A model generated the notes under the pieces. That model searched no databases. It had not been told where the DNA came from and worked only from the letters and a program-made list of their open reading frames with translations. DNA of 64,000 bases from Calditrichia bacterium (GTDB lineage: Bacteria; Calditrichota; Calditrichia; JAJRVZ01), in NCBI GenBank assembly GCA_963796965.1, contig CAWCNS010000002.1, positions 160,001-224,000 of the forward strand, read 5' to 3'. The number at the start of each line of letters is the position of its first letter. Positions within the stretch are counted from its first letter, which is position 1. Shown here in pieces: positions 36,017 to 45,682 of this stretch. Both the position numbers and the translations under genes were made by a program.

Positions 36017-37477
36017 TTAGGCCCTAGAATCTCCGGAAGGGACAGTGTCAAGGTCACAAGATCCGCATGATTCCTGATAGTCTAAGCCAAAATATCGATG
36101 GATAAAGGCTTTACGACAGGTTTCATCTTTCGTGTAAAGGACCATCTGATAAAGTTTCTCCTGTTCCCGTTTTAATTTTTTCTCACGATATTCAATGGAG
36201 TGTAATTCCGTGGGCAGATCTGATATAATCCTGATATTCTTTGATTCAATATCACCTTCGATTACGGCATAGCGGTCTAACATACCCAGAGCCGTCTCAA
36301 GCCGAAAATCTTTACTATTTTTAAATGTGAGCTGTTCACGGATAAATTCAATACCTTCACCGTTTACCCGTTCAATTTGGTCATAGAGCAGTCGGTACAA
36401 CCGGTCATAATAATCTGCTGAGGGATTATTCCATTTGATAAATTCCAACTGAATACTTAAATCTTGTTCATCATATAAGAGGGTGCAAATAGAAGGTTCT
36501 CCGTCACGCCCGGCCCTGCCTATCTCCTGATAATATGACTCCAGACTGGCTGGAATCTGGGCATGGATGACAAAACGGATATTCTCTTTATCAATCCCCA
36601 TACCAAAGGCATTTGTAGCTAACACAAGATTGTTTTCTCCCCCCATAAAACGATCCTGTATTTTTTTACGGTCCTGAGCAGTGAGATCTCCATGATATTT
36701 CATAAATTTTATTTTGTTTTTTCTTAATAACTCCCCCATTCGATGCAAGTCTTTGATTAAAACGAAGTAAATGATACCATTACCGCGATTATTTTGAAGC
36801 ACCTGCATTATTCGAGAAATTTTTTCTTCTTCTCCCCAAAGATTATCGCATTCCAGAAACAGATTCTCTCTTTCAATGCCTTCATGATAAATTTTAACCT
36901 CTTTATCGGGCAGATCCAATTGGCTTATAATATCTTTTTGTACTTCTGGAGTGGCTGTTGCTGTAAGAGCAATTGTTGTTGGATTTTTCATGAGTCGACG
37001 AAATTCTTTCAAACGTGTATAATCAGGTCTGAAATCGTGCCCCCACTCACTGATACAATGCGCTTCGTCAACGGCCAGGAGATCAATTTGACGTTCTTTT
37101 AAAATCTTAACAAAATCTATTTTTCGAAAACGTTCTGGGGTAACATATAGAAGCTTATAATTACCATTTCCAATGTTTCTGTAGCGCTCTTCTCTCTCTT
37201 TACGACTGAGAGACGAATTGATAAAAGTTGCATCAATGTTTTTGGCCACCAAGCCATCCACCTGATCTTTCATTAAAGCAATCAAAGGCGAGATGACGAC
37301 TGTTAATCCGTCAAACATTAAAGAAGGTATTTGATAGGTAAGAGATTTACCTGAACCGGTAGGCATTATTACAAGAGAGTGCTTTCCTTCTAAGGTTCTT
37401 TGAATAACAGATTCTTGAATAGAACGGAAATTATTGTGTCCAAAATAGGTTTGTAAGATATTTTCAGACGTATTCAT
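36017..37477 (-). CDS. recQ: RecQ-family DNA helicase, short form without HRDC
   Basis: MPTGSGKS, VDEAHCISEWGHDFRP, TATA, AFGMGID, YYQEIGRAGRDG; start moved to ATG 37477. Confidence 0.9.
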   Translation of the reverse strand: MNTSENILQTYFGHNNFRSIQESVIQRTLEGKHSLVIMPTGSGKSLTYQIPSLMFDGLTVVISPLIALMKDQVDGLVAKNIDATFINSSLSRKEREERYRNIGNGNYKLLYVTPERFRKIDFVKILKERQIDLLAVDEAHCISEWGHDFRPDYTRLKEFRRLMKNPTTIALTATATPEVQKDIISQLDLPDKEVKIYHEGIERENLFLECDNLWGEEEKISRIMQVLQNNRGNGIIYFVLIKDLHRMGELLRKNKIKFMKYHGDLTAQDRKKIQDRFMGGENNLVLATNAFGMGIDKENIRFVIHAQIPASLESYYQEIGRAGRDGEPSICTLLYDEQDLSIQLEFIKWNNPSADYYDRLYRLLYDQIERVNGEGIEFIREQLTFKNSKDFRLETALGMLDRYAVIEGDIESKNIRIISDLPTELHSIEYREKKLKREQEKLYQMVLYTKDETCRKAFIHRYFGLDYQESCGSCDLDTVPSGDSRA

Positions 37478-37499
37478 GGTTGGATAATAGTAGTAATAT

Positions 37500-37628
37500 G
37501 AATGTCCAATGTCAAAGCTAAATGCCAAATAAAGTCCAAATGACCAAATGCCAATTAAAAACAAAAAACTATTAAGTATTGTGGCTTAAATATTAAATTG
37601 TCATTGGGATTTTAGCATTTGGCATTGG
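37500..37628. repeat. Inverted degenerate 7/8-mer arms
   Basis: aatgtcc aatgtca...aaatgacc aaatgcc versus gtcattgg gattttag catttgg cattgg. Confidence 0.6.
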
Positions 37629-37669
37629 TAGTAGGATATTAGATACAATGAGTTCTGATCGCGTACCCC

Positions 37670-38296
37670 TTATTGCTCCTTGATGACTCTTGCCGGTGCT
37701 CCGCCGGCAATGACCTTTGGAGGAATTGAACGACTTATTACACTATTAGAAGAGATTGTCGCGCCATTTCCGACCGTGACACCGGCCTGTACTTCTGTGT
37801 TTTTGCCAATCCATACATCTTTACCTATATAAACTGATTTAGTCCCGTTGTATGCAGAGATATCTGATTCCTTCGTTATAATATCGGTGATGGTCACATC
37901 TGCCCCAATTATCGTATTGTCCTCTATCGTTACATTGTTTCTTGAAATAATTTTGACATTGCGTCCAACTTTAACATTTTGGCCGATATGAATATACCCA
38001 CGGCCTTCTGTAAGTAATTTTACATTTGTGTAAAAATGACACCCGTCACCAATTTTAATATTCTTGGTACCTGTCAGATTGAGTTTGCCATCACATTTTA
38101 CCCCATTACCCATTTCTTTTAATTTCATTTTCAGTATGAGATGACAGAAAGTTCTGGCGATTGACCTGAAAATATTTATTGCCTCACTGGCTGTGTTATG
38201 AGTATGCGGTGAATTTCCCCTTTGATTCTTTACATCGGCTGTATGTTTAATTTGCTCTGTCATGGGATCACCAACTTTCAGTGTTAATGTTTGCAT
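37670..38296 (-). CDS. Hexapeptide-repeat (LbH) acyltransferase-like protein
   Basis: Repeated I-G-x-x-V hexapeptides; VYIGKDVWIG, GVTVGNGATI, AGGAPARVIK. Confidence 0.8.
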   Translation of the reverse strand: MQTLTLKVGDPMTEQIKHTADVKNQRGNSPHTHNTASEAINIFRSIARTFCHLILKMKLKEMGNGVKCDGKLNLTGTKNIKIGDGCHFYTNVKLLTEGRGYIHIGQNVKVGRNVKIISRNNVTIEDNTIIGADVTITDIITKESDISAYNGTKSVYIGKDVWIGKNTEVQAGVTVGNGATISSNSVISRSIPPKVIAGGAPARVIKEQ

Positions 38297-38334
38297 TCTT
38301 TTGTTGCTCCTTTATAGTATCTACTATAAGGTAA

Positions 38335-38350
38335 TACAGTAATCGTGCCA
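38335..38350 (-). promoter_or_regulatory. Sigma54-type promoter of the acyltransferase gene
   Basis: Minus strand TGGCACG-ATTA-CTGTA, about 40 bp upstream of the start. Confidence 0.65.
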
Positions 38351-38460
38351 GAAAACACAGAGGTCAGATTTACCACACGTAACTAACTATTTATTATGAA
38401 TTTATATGATTAAGACTCATAGATCTTCATGGTAATCTATGTATTTTTAAGTAATCAATG

Positions 38461-38484
38461 TGAGACAACGTCTCAAATTGAGAC
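38461..38484. promoter_or_regulatory. Candidate enhancer palindromes
   Basis: TGAGAC-aac-GTCTCA-aat-TGAGAC, 110-135 bp upstream of the -24 box. Confidence 0.5.
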
Positions 38485-38534
38485 TGAGAATGAGGCAAAA
38501 CAGAGGGGTTAAAAAACGTGGCTTGTACTGCGCA

Positions 38535-38640
38535 GAGTGAAGAGTGAACAGAGATGAGAGTTCTTCTCCTCTCTCCTCACTCTTCTTTTTCCACCCTAAA
38601 CGCTCTATGCTCCACGCTCTACGTGCAGCGTACTGCGGAC
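38535..38640 (-). repeat. Composite heptamer element overlapping the hydrolase 3' end
   Basis: Minus strand cacgtag agcgtgg agcatag agcgttt agggtggaa...gtgaggagagaggagaag...ctctcatctctgttcactcttcac; resembles 55762-55845 and 58455-58580. Confidence 0.65.
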
Positions 38641-39282
38641 AACACGGTTCCGCCCAATCCAGTAAGCCCAGGGAATTAATAACCACTGGGAAAGACCAAC
38701 ATAACCGATGGCATCTGCAGAGGGTGGTGGAGGCCCAAAAAGATTACTCACATATATAATGGAGAGAAATCCTATCAAAACCCATAGTGCCATTGAACCT
38801 GTTTTGTTTTTCGCTTGTGTTGTTTTTAAATAGAAATAGATTCCAAGTACAAAAATCGAGATTTCAAGAATTAATGTCCCTGCCATTGAATTCCATAATC
38901 CGAGACCAACCATTATTTCACTGCCTGGTAGGAGTGGCAAATCAGGGCGGTGGGTAATAAGATCCAGTACCCAGTGGCTAACTACAAGAGCACCTATCCA
39001 TAAAGCATTTTTCATATTCTTTTTGAGTAGAAAATAAGTGGTTCCCAGAATTAGCCCCCAAATTAAAACACCAAGCAAACTATGGGTAAATGGATAGTGA
39101 ACAAAGTCTAAGGGCGTGATTATTGTATTTCCCGGATCTATTACAACCCGCTCAATTCCAAAAATCAGCAACACGGGCCAAATAAGATCAATCCATTGTG
39201 TAGCCAGGAACAACGTTCCTAATGAAAGTGAAGGTGCCATCTTTTTAGCCCCGAACCCTGCCCCAAAATGACCAATAAACAT
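38605..39282 (-). CDS. Membrane-bound metal-dependent hydrolase-like protein
   Basis: MFIGHF, DLIW, PFTHSL, SHWVLDLITHRPDL His/Asp motifs within TM helices. Confidence 0.7.
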   Translation of the reverse strand: MFIGHFGAGFGAKKMAPSLSLGTLFLATQWIDLIWPVLLIFGIERVVIDPGNTIITPLDFVHYPFTHSLLGVLIWGLILGTTYFLLKKNMKNALWIGALVVSHWVLDLITHRPDLPLLPGSEIMVGLGLWNSMAGTLILEISIFVLGIYFYLKTTQAKNKTGSMALWVLIGFLSIIYVSNLFGPPPPSADAIGYVGLSQWLLIPWAYWIGRNRVVRSTLHVERGA

Positions 39283-39343
39283 GATATCTCTCCTAATGTT
39301 TTTTCATTAAACTAAGGAGTTTTGAGTAATATTTCCAATGAAT

Positions 39344-39397
39344 CACCTCCCCCTTCAATTCCCCCTCCTTACTAAGGAGGAAGACAGAGGGGACGGT
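39344..39397. repeat. Palindromic CCCCTCC-type intergenic repeat
   Basis: cctcctt-act-aaggagg stem with C-rich and G-rich flanks; a degenerate relative lies near 24985-25037. Confidence 0.5.
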
Positions 39398-39514
39398 AAC
39401 TCCGGGACACAAATATATATAACTAACAAAATTTGTACCAAAAACTTTTCCAACCTCCTTTGGAATTTTGTGAAATATATCATATCTTCCCATTCAATTT
39501 GCAGGAGAATAAAA

Positions 39515-40705
39515 ATGCAGTTGTTATTTGCAGTAATTACTTTATTGACAATGGTATTTACTTACAGTCTGGTAGCACAGGATGATCTGTATACTCTGGA
39601 AGCGGAAAATAGTGGATTTAAAAATATATCAACCTGGATTAAATCCTCAAGTCAGCCTTTGCCCGTAAGCAGGACACGAGTTTTATCACTACAAAATGAA
39701 ATTGAACTTACCGACGCTATTTTCTTTTATATTGATAAGGATATAGGATTTGGGAAAAAGCAGCTCATTGGGAATCAACAAAATCCGCTTTTAAAAATTA
39801 GCTGGTATGATCAGAATGGCGAGCCGTTCGGTACATGGCAAATGCCCTGGTATAATGATTTACCCCTCCCATCGATAAGAATTGATCATCATTCCGGCAA
39901 TCTGGTTTGTGTCGACCTCCAGAATCAGATTCGTATTATCAATTCTGAAGGAAAAATATCCAACCAATTCCGAGTTTTGGAATCATATAAATATAATTCT
40001 GAGAACAATGCATATACTGATCTAAACAATGGATTGCTAAGTGTAGGGATAACCGAGATATTTCCCTCATTAGATGGTAACCCAAAATATAAAAGTTCTA
40101 TTCGGGTATACGAATTGAATGGCCGTTTGCGTATGCGTTTTGATCTGCCAGAATGGCAAATACGTTCATTAAACGGATCATCAAATGGCCAATTAACAGC
40201 GGCTTCTTTTTTTAGAAAAGATGTTGAGGGATCTTCACATCAATTTCGAACATTGGTCTTAGACATGGAGGCAAATATCATTGTTGATCAATCGGTGAAA
40301 GCCCGAAAAACAATCTTTAATCACGACAATTCCATGTCATACCTTTTAGATAAAAATGTAGGATATTTATTGGATATAGCAAGCAATAGATTAATTACTG
40401 AAACAAACGTCAAGGATACGGAAAATATTTATTTATCGGCCGTATTTACGCCGCCCACAAATTTCATAATTATTCAAGAGGGAAAGGCTAAACAGGAGAT
40501 TGCTGATGATCAGACGTCATGGATCTATGATAATATCCGGATTCTAAGCCTTGACAACCTGGGCCGAGAAAAGTATGATCTGCCTGTCGATAATATCACC
40601 ATTGATAAACCAGCATTATGGTATGATAGTAAGTCTAAAAGAGCTTTTTGTGGGACATCGCCAGGGCTGGAAAATATTCAAGGTAAACCATTGATTTGGG
40701 CCTAA
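39515..40705 (+). CDS. Secreted hypothetical protein, possibly beta-propeller; 3' end may be frameshifted
   Basis: AGGAG plus ATG 39515, signal peptide (SLVA-Q), beta-strand-rich; no family recognised. Confidence 0.6.
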   Translation: MQLLFAVITLLTMVFTYSLVAQDDLYTLEAENSGFKNISTWIKSSSQPLPVSRTRVLSLQNEIELTDAIFFYIDKDIGFGKKQLIGNQQNPLLKISWYDQNGEPFGTWQMPWYNDLPLPSIRIDHHSGNLVCVDLQNQIRIINSEGKISNQFRVLESYKYNSENNAYTDLNNGLLSVGITEIFPSLDGNPKYKSSIRVYELNGRLRMRFDLPEWQIRSLNGSSNGQLTAASFFRKDVEGSSHQFRTLVLDMEANIIVDQSVKARKTIFNHDNSMSYLLDKNVGYLLDIASNRLITETNVKDTENIYLSAVFTPPTNFIIIQEGKAKQEIADDQTSWIYDNIRILSLDNLGREKYDLPVDNITIDKPALWYDSKSKRAFCGTSPGLENIQGKPLIWA

Positions 40706-40722
40706 ACTAATCGAGAAAATCC

Positions 40723-42915
40723 ATGAAAAGAATATACTTTACCTTGATCGTGATTTGTTTTACTGCACCACCATCCATAGCACAAACCTATCAATGGCCT
40801 TGCCCACCCTTTGATCAGCAGCATTGGATAAATGGTACCTTTTGCGAAAACAGACCCAGCGGAGATATTGATCGTCACCATTTCCACGACGGTGTGGATA
40901 TTCACCTACCTCAAGGGAATAATGTCTACTCTGTAATTAATGGCACTGTAGATGGAATTGGTACCGCTGATGATTACGGTATCAATGCCTATATCCGTGT
41001 TGGACGTTATGCCTATGTTCATGTGGATCCTAATCCCAATCTTGAGATTGGTGATCCGGTTGTCGCCTTCGAAACTATCCTGGGGACGACAAACTCATGG
41101 AACCATATCCATTTTAAGGATGGCTGGCCAGGTAGTGAGATTAATGCCCTGCGTCCGGGTGCCGGATTAAGTCCATTTTCAGACCCCCATCTGCCTTCCA
41201 TAGATTATGTGGATTTTTATATCAATAACAGTCAAATAAAATTCAGCAACAACCGGGTATTTGGAAAAGTGGATATTGTATCTAAGGCCCGTGATATTTC
41301 GGATACAGGTCCGGTTGGTAATAACAATGGTATTTTTAAAATTGGGTACCAGATATATGATGCTTCCGGTACAACTCCGGTATCAGCGCCAGTGGAGAAT
41401 TATATATTTGATAACATACCATCCTCAGATAACTATATCACCAATGTATATTTTTGGGGTTCAGACATAAGCAATTACATTTACACCATTACAAACAGGG
41501 TAACATCTGATCGTTACTGGAATACAGATCTACTGGCCAAGGGAACTTATCGGGTTAAAGTTTTCACTGAGGATACAAGATCTAATACAAAGGTCGCCTG
41601 GGAAACAGTACAGATAGTCGTACCGGATAATTATCCTCCGGCCATGCCCGAAATGGTTTCTCTAATTGGAGATGATTCAAACCAATGGCACCTTAATTGG
41701 TTGCCAAATGATTCCAATGATGTTGCCGGTTACAAATTATCTTTTAGCCTTGATGGTGTAGCCTGGACTGTCCAGAAAAATATTTCTGATTCCCTCACAC
41801 CTGATGATACTACTCTATTTTATAGTCCTTATGTCAATAATTCTTTGATCTACCTGCGCCTGAACGCCTATGACCGGTCCGCATTTACAAATTACAGTGA
41901 TTCTTCTGATGCTTATGGGCTCTGGCTTTCAGAGGAGGGACCGGAGATTCTGATTGTGGACGGATTTGATCGTACGGATGGGTACTGGCAAAAACCTTCA
42001 CATACTTTTGTGATTCAATACGGTAATATATTGGATAAGCTGGGGCTTTCTTTTAATACGTGCTCCGATGATGCTGTTCGTTCTGGTCGTATACAATTGG
42101 CAGATTATCCGATTATCATTTATCTGTTGGGTGATGAATCCGGGGAGGAAAAAGTTTTAAGCGATCAGGAACAGGAGGATATAAAAAATTATTTAAAAAA
42201 GGGCGGAAAATTGTTGATATCAGGGTCAGAAATCGGAAATGATCTGGTTGAGATTGGAAATGAATCAGATATAGAATTTTATCATACATTCTTAAGAGCC
42301 AATTTTATTTCAGATTCTGCCGAATCACATCAATTGATTGGGGAGGAGGGTACCACTTTCAAAAACTATTACGGTAAGGTAAATCCACCTGGTAATGATA
42401 TTTATAAATCAGATGTTATTGAGCCCGATATGAGCGAGAGAATCCTAAATTTTGGAGATAATCAGGGTGCCGGAATTTATTATAATGGTTTATTCGAAGG
42501 TGGTACACAACCCGGATACCTGGCTCACTTTTCTTTTCCGATCGAACTGATCACTGAGTATGAGGAAAGATCCGGACTTATCGGCAGGGTTATGGGCTTA
42601 TTTGGTGTTGTATCTTCGTTGAAAGAAAGCGGATCAAGCAATCATGTAAAACAATATCAGTTATTTGACAACTATCCCAATCCATTTAACCCTAAAACAA
42701 TGATCAATTACCAATTACCAAGCACCAATTATGTTGAACTGAGTATTTATAATTTAACTGGGCAAAAGGTCGTGACATTAGTGTCTGAGAATCAGCAGCC
42801 GGGCAATTATCAGGTAGAATGGGATGCCAGTGAATTTGCCAGTGGTGTGTATTATTATAGATTAAGCACTGAGGCAGGATTTATCCAAACCAAAAAACTG
42901 GTTTTAATAAAATGA
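40723..42915 (+). CDS. Secreted M23-like metallopeptidase-domain protein with FN3-like region and T9SS-type-A-like C-terminal domain
   Basis: Signal peptide; HFHDGVDI (HxxxD), YVH and NHIHF (HxH); C-terminal NYPNPFNP domain. Confidence 0.75.
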   Translation: MKRIYFTLIVICFTAPPSIAQTYQWPCPPFDQQHWINGTFCENRPSGDIDRHHFHDGVDIHLPQGNNVYSVINGTVDGIGTADDYGINAYIRVGRYAYVHVDPNPNLEIGDPVVAFETILGTTNSWNHIHFKDGWPGSEINALRPGAGLSPFSDPHLPSIDYVDFYINNSQIKFSNNRVFGKVDIVSKARDISDTGPVGNNNGIFKIGYQIYDASGTTPVSAPVENYIFDNIPSSDNYITNVYFWGSDISNYIYTITNRVTSDRYWNTDLLAKGTYRVKVFTEDTRSNTKVAWETVQIVVPDNYPPAMPEMVSLIGDDSNQWHLNWLPNDSNDVAGYKLSFSLDGVAWTVQKNISDSLTPDDTTLFYSPYVNNSLIYLRLNAYDRSAFTNYSDSSDAYGLWLSEEGPEILIVDGFDRTDGYWQKPSHTFVIQYGNILDKLGLSFNTCSDDAVRSGRIQLADYPIIIYLLGDESGEEKVLSDQEQEDIKNYLKKGGKLLISGSEIGNDLVEIGNESDIEFYHTFLRANFISDSAESHQLIGEEGTTFKNYYGKVNPPGNDIYKSDVIEPDMSERILNFGDNQGAGIYYNGLFEGGTQPGYLAHFSFPIELITEYEERSGLIGRVMGLFGVVSSLKESGSSNHVKQYQLFDNYPNPFNPKTMINYQLPSTNYVELSIYNLTGQKVVTLVSENQQPGNYQVEWDASEFASGVYYYRLSTEAGFIQTKKLVLIK

Positions 42916-42930
42916 TGTAGGGAATAGTTT

Positions 42931-42972
42931 ATTTTGGATTTTCGATTAATTATTCCAAAATCTAAAATCGAA
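42931..42972. repeat. Short inverted heptamer pair overlapping the DDAH stop
   Basis: attttgg attttcg att / attccaa aatctaa aatcgaa. Confidence 0.65.
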
Positions 42973-43724
42973 GTGAAAGACAACTCACGCCTCCATCTAA
43001 GCTTCCGGAATTCCGAGGTATCAACTTCTATAACCTCATATCCTACTTTTTCTACTTTATCTTTCAAATTCGGGAAGCCTGTTGGCATGATTATACGGCC
43101 ATTTATCCAGATACTGTTGGCAGCGTATGATTCAAAACTTTCAACCGGTAGGATTTTGAATGGGTTAAATTCTTTGATAGTCAGAAATTCACCCGTTGCG
43201 AGAAGGATATCGTTTTCGAGATAGGCTAGACCGGTTTTCAGATGAAGCATTTCTTTCATTGGTACCATAGAGCCGGATAGATTATATTTCTCCAGAATCT
43301 GAATAGTCTGCCTTGCCCCTTCTTCGTTGGTCCGTGAAGAAATTCCGATATAGAAATGTGAACCAACCATCATAATATCCCCACCTTCTGCAGTCCCCGG
43401 CGATTCTATTAATTCGATAGATTCGAAAAAATTTTTAAGAACAGGTATTACCTCTTTTGATTCATCTCTGCGTGAAATGGCTCCTGGATTCATCACAATG
43501 GCACAATGTGGCGTTAGCAATGCCGTATCTTCAATAAATACCGAATCTGGGAAACGGTTATCTGCATCAAGAACCGTTACATCTAAATCGCAAAGTTCCA
43601 ATGCCTCAATATACTTTTGATGCTGTACCGAAGCCAGTTTAAAATCAGGTTTACCCAAATTCGCGGTTGTCAGCCCATTAATCATCTGAGGACATGGCCT
43701 TCTAACTATTGCCTTCTGAAACAT
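42962..43724 (-). CDS. Dimethylarginine dimethylaminohydrolase family amidinotransferase; apparent +1 frameshift near 42998
   Basis: FPDSVFIEDTA, EGGD, RTNEEG, LHLKTG; removing one base restores EFRKL-DGGVSCLSLRF* with the catalytic Cys. Confidence 0.88.
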
Positions 43725-43768
43725 TTCTCTGAATCCCCTAAATATATGCTATATGTACTGTTTATTTT

Positions 43769-43795
43769 TCTCGCAGAGCCGCAAAGACGCAGAGA
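43769..43795 (+). repeat. 8-mer tandem arm
   Basis: tct cgcagagc cgcaaaga cgcagaga; same family as 48650. Confidence 0.65.
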
Positions 43796-43847
43796 AAATA
43801 AATTTTATAAAATGATAACTAAATTCGGAAATCAGGAATTACCAATA

Positions 43848-44270
43848 TTAGTGCGTCGTCTTCCCTTCATAAAGATCTGTAAAAACACTATCCACGGGTT
43901 CCCATAATTCAATTTTATTTCCTTCAGGATCCATGATATGGGCGAATTTTCCATATTCATAGACTTCCATTTCACCCAGAATCTGCACATCCGCTTTTTT
44001 GAGTTCTACAAGAAGTTCTTCAAGATTTTCAACCCGGTAATTGATCATAAATTCTTTGGTAGATGGTTCAATATAAGTTGTATCCTTTTTAAAGGGACTC
44101 CAGTTCAAATAACCTTTTTTTTCAGGTGCATCAGTACTTCTAAACTCAAATACTGAACCATATTCATTGGTGACAAGACCAAGATGCCGGGAATACCATT
44201 CTTTAATTTTTTCAGGATCTTCGCTTTTAAAAAAAATCCCTCCAATACCCGTTACTTTTTTTCTACCCAT
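43848..44270 (-). CDS. VOC/glyoxalase-family protein
   Basis: VTGIGGIFFK, FMINYRV, YGKF...DPEGNKIELWEP. Confidence 0.9.
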   Translation of the reverse strand: MGRKKVTGIGGIFFKSEDPEKIKEWYSRHLGLVTNEYGSVFEFRSTDAPEKKGYLNWSPFKKDTTYIEPSTKEFMINYRVENLEELLVELKKADVQILGEMEVYEYGKFAHIMDPEGNKIELWEPVDSVFTDLYEGKTTH

Positions 44271-44332
44271 AATATATACTCCCCCTTATTCAATTTTTGG
44301 TTAAAACGGATAGAAAATCTCTTTTATGCCCA

Positions 44333-45679
44333 CTATGAGAATGTTAATCTAAAGGTAGTTTCAACATCGGGTTTAGAAGTTACATTAATACTCCCACCAT
44401 GCTGACGCATAATTTGTCTGGAAAGACTCAATCCAATACCAGAACCGGTTTTTTTGGTGGTAAAGAATGGAATAAAGATTTTCTCCTGTGCCTCAGGCTC
44501 AATACCAGAGCCATTATCACTGACTCTAATCAGGACACGGCCCCGTTCGTCAAGATCTGAAAGGAGTGATAATTTTGGATTCTTCGTATTAGAAAAAGCA
44601 TCAAAAGAATTCCGAACAAGATTAATTAACACCTGTTCAATTAATTCCTGATCGGCAATAACATGAAGACTTATTGGTTTAACATCTGATATAATTTTGA
44701 TTTTTCTATTACGTGATTCGACTTCCGTAAGATGCAAAACATTATCAAACAGCTTCTTTACTGGTATCATCTGAAAATTAGGTTGGGGAATTCTGGTTAA
44801 TTTGCGATAGGATTCAACGAAATGTATCAATCCCTCACTTCTTTTATGTATGGTACTAACCGCATCATGGATATCCTTCATATCCCCTGCTTGTAAGTTC
44901 TCTAAATTTAGTTCATCTAAAGTATGATCAACAGTCTTGGCAAGCGAAGAAATGGGGGTAATCGAATTCATAATTTCATGGGTTAGTACACGGATCAGTT
45001 TTTGCCAGGCCTCCATTTCCTGTTCTTCCAACTCACTTTGTATATTTTGTAGGGATATAAGTTTTAGGGAGCGTCCCCGTAGCTGAAATTCTGTTCCGTA
45101 GGCAGATAACTGCAACAGATCATCATTACGCTGGATTTTAATAAGAGCACGGCTACCGGATTTTAAGTTGGAAAATTTTTGTATTAAATCATTGCCAATC
45201 GGTTCCAGACCAGAAATATTTCGTAATCCGGATATACCAAGAAGTTTTTTCGCAGCTGTATTAAATATTTCAATCATTCCATCATTATCAAATGCCAATA
45301 ATCCAACACCCACATGTTGTACAACTGTTTGTAAATAGCGGAAATTTTCCTCTTTATCCCCCCTGATCTTCTGAAAATCCTGAATAACCTGTGTAAAAGC
45401 ATCACTAAGTTGATCAAAAGACTTACCCTGCTTGGACCTTTTAAACGATTGAGAAAAGTCTGCGTGACGTACTGCCTGAAGGAACTGGGCCATGCGTATA
45501 TTACTTTGATCCATGATCCGAATTAACCCATAAATTTCATATAATGAGAGCAGGATCAGGATTCCAATAGTTGCATATAAAATTGTTTCAAGGAGAAGAT
45601 AAGAGAGAACCAATAAGGTTATAAATAAGAGAATAATTCGAATTGTAACCTGAATTCTGAAGTTTTTGAAAAGCATCAT
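44333..45679 (-). CDS. Membrane sensor histidine kinase with PAS-like domain
   Basis: Two N-terminal TMs; LTHEIMNS H-box, QVLINL, DNGSG, PFFTTK, GSGIGL. Confidence 0.92.
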   Translation of the reverse strand: MMLFKNFRIQVTIRIILLFITLLVLSYLLLETILYATIGILILLSLYEIYGLIRIMDQSNIRMAQFLQAVRHADFSQSFKRSKQGKSFDQLSDAFTQVIQDFQKIRGDKEENFRYLQTVVQHVGVGLLAFDNDGMIEIFNTAAKKLLGISGLRNISGLEPIGNDLIQKFSNLKSGSRALIKIQRNDDLLQLSAYGTEFQLRGRSLKLISLQNIQSELEEQEMEAWQKLIRVLTHEIMNSITPISSLAKTVDHTLDELNLENLQAGDMKDIHDAVSTIHKRSEGLIHFVESYRKLTRIPQPNFQMIPVKKLFDNVLHLTEVESRNRKIKIISDVKPISLHVIADQELIEQVLINLVRNSFDAFSNTKNPKLSLLSDLDERGRVLIRVSDNGSGIEPEAQEKIFIPFFTTKKTGSGIGLSLSRQIMRQHGGSINVTSKPDVETTFRLTFS

Positions 45680-45682
45680 CGT

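Noticed and set aside
39338..39514. Long N-terminal extensions in the track for 39338, and similarly for copA, recQ, menA and the acyl-CoA dehydrogenase
   Set aside because: They run through intergenic repeats or AT-rich DNA; downstream starts fit RBS position or family N-termini better
42855..42961. DDAH C-terminal extension overlapping the convergent gene
   Set aside because: Artefact of the +1 shift; the corrected frame ends at 42962 with the conserved GGVSCLS motif
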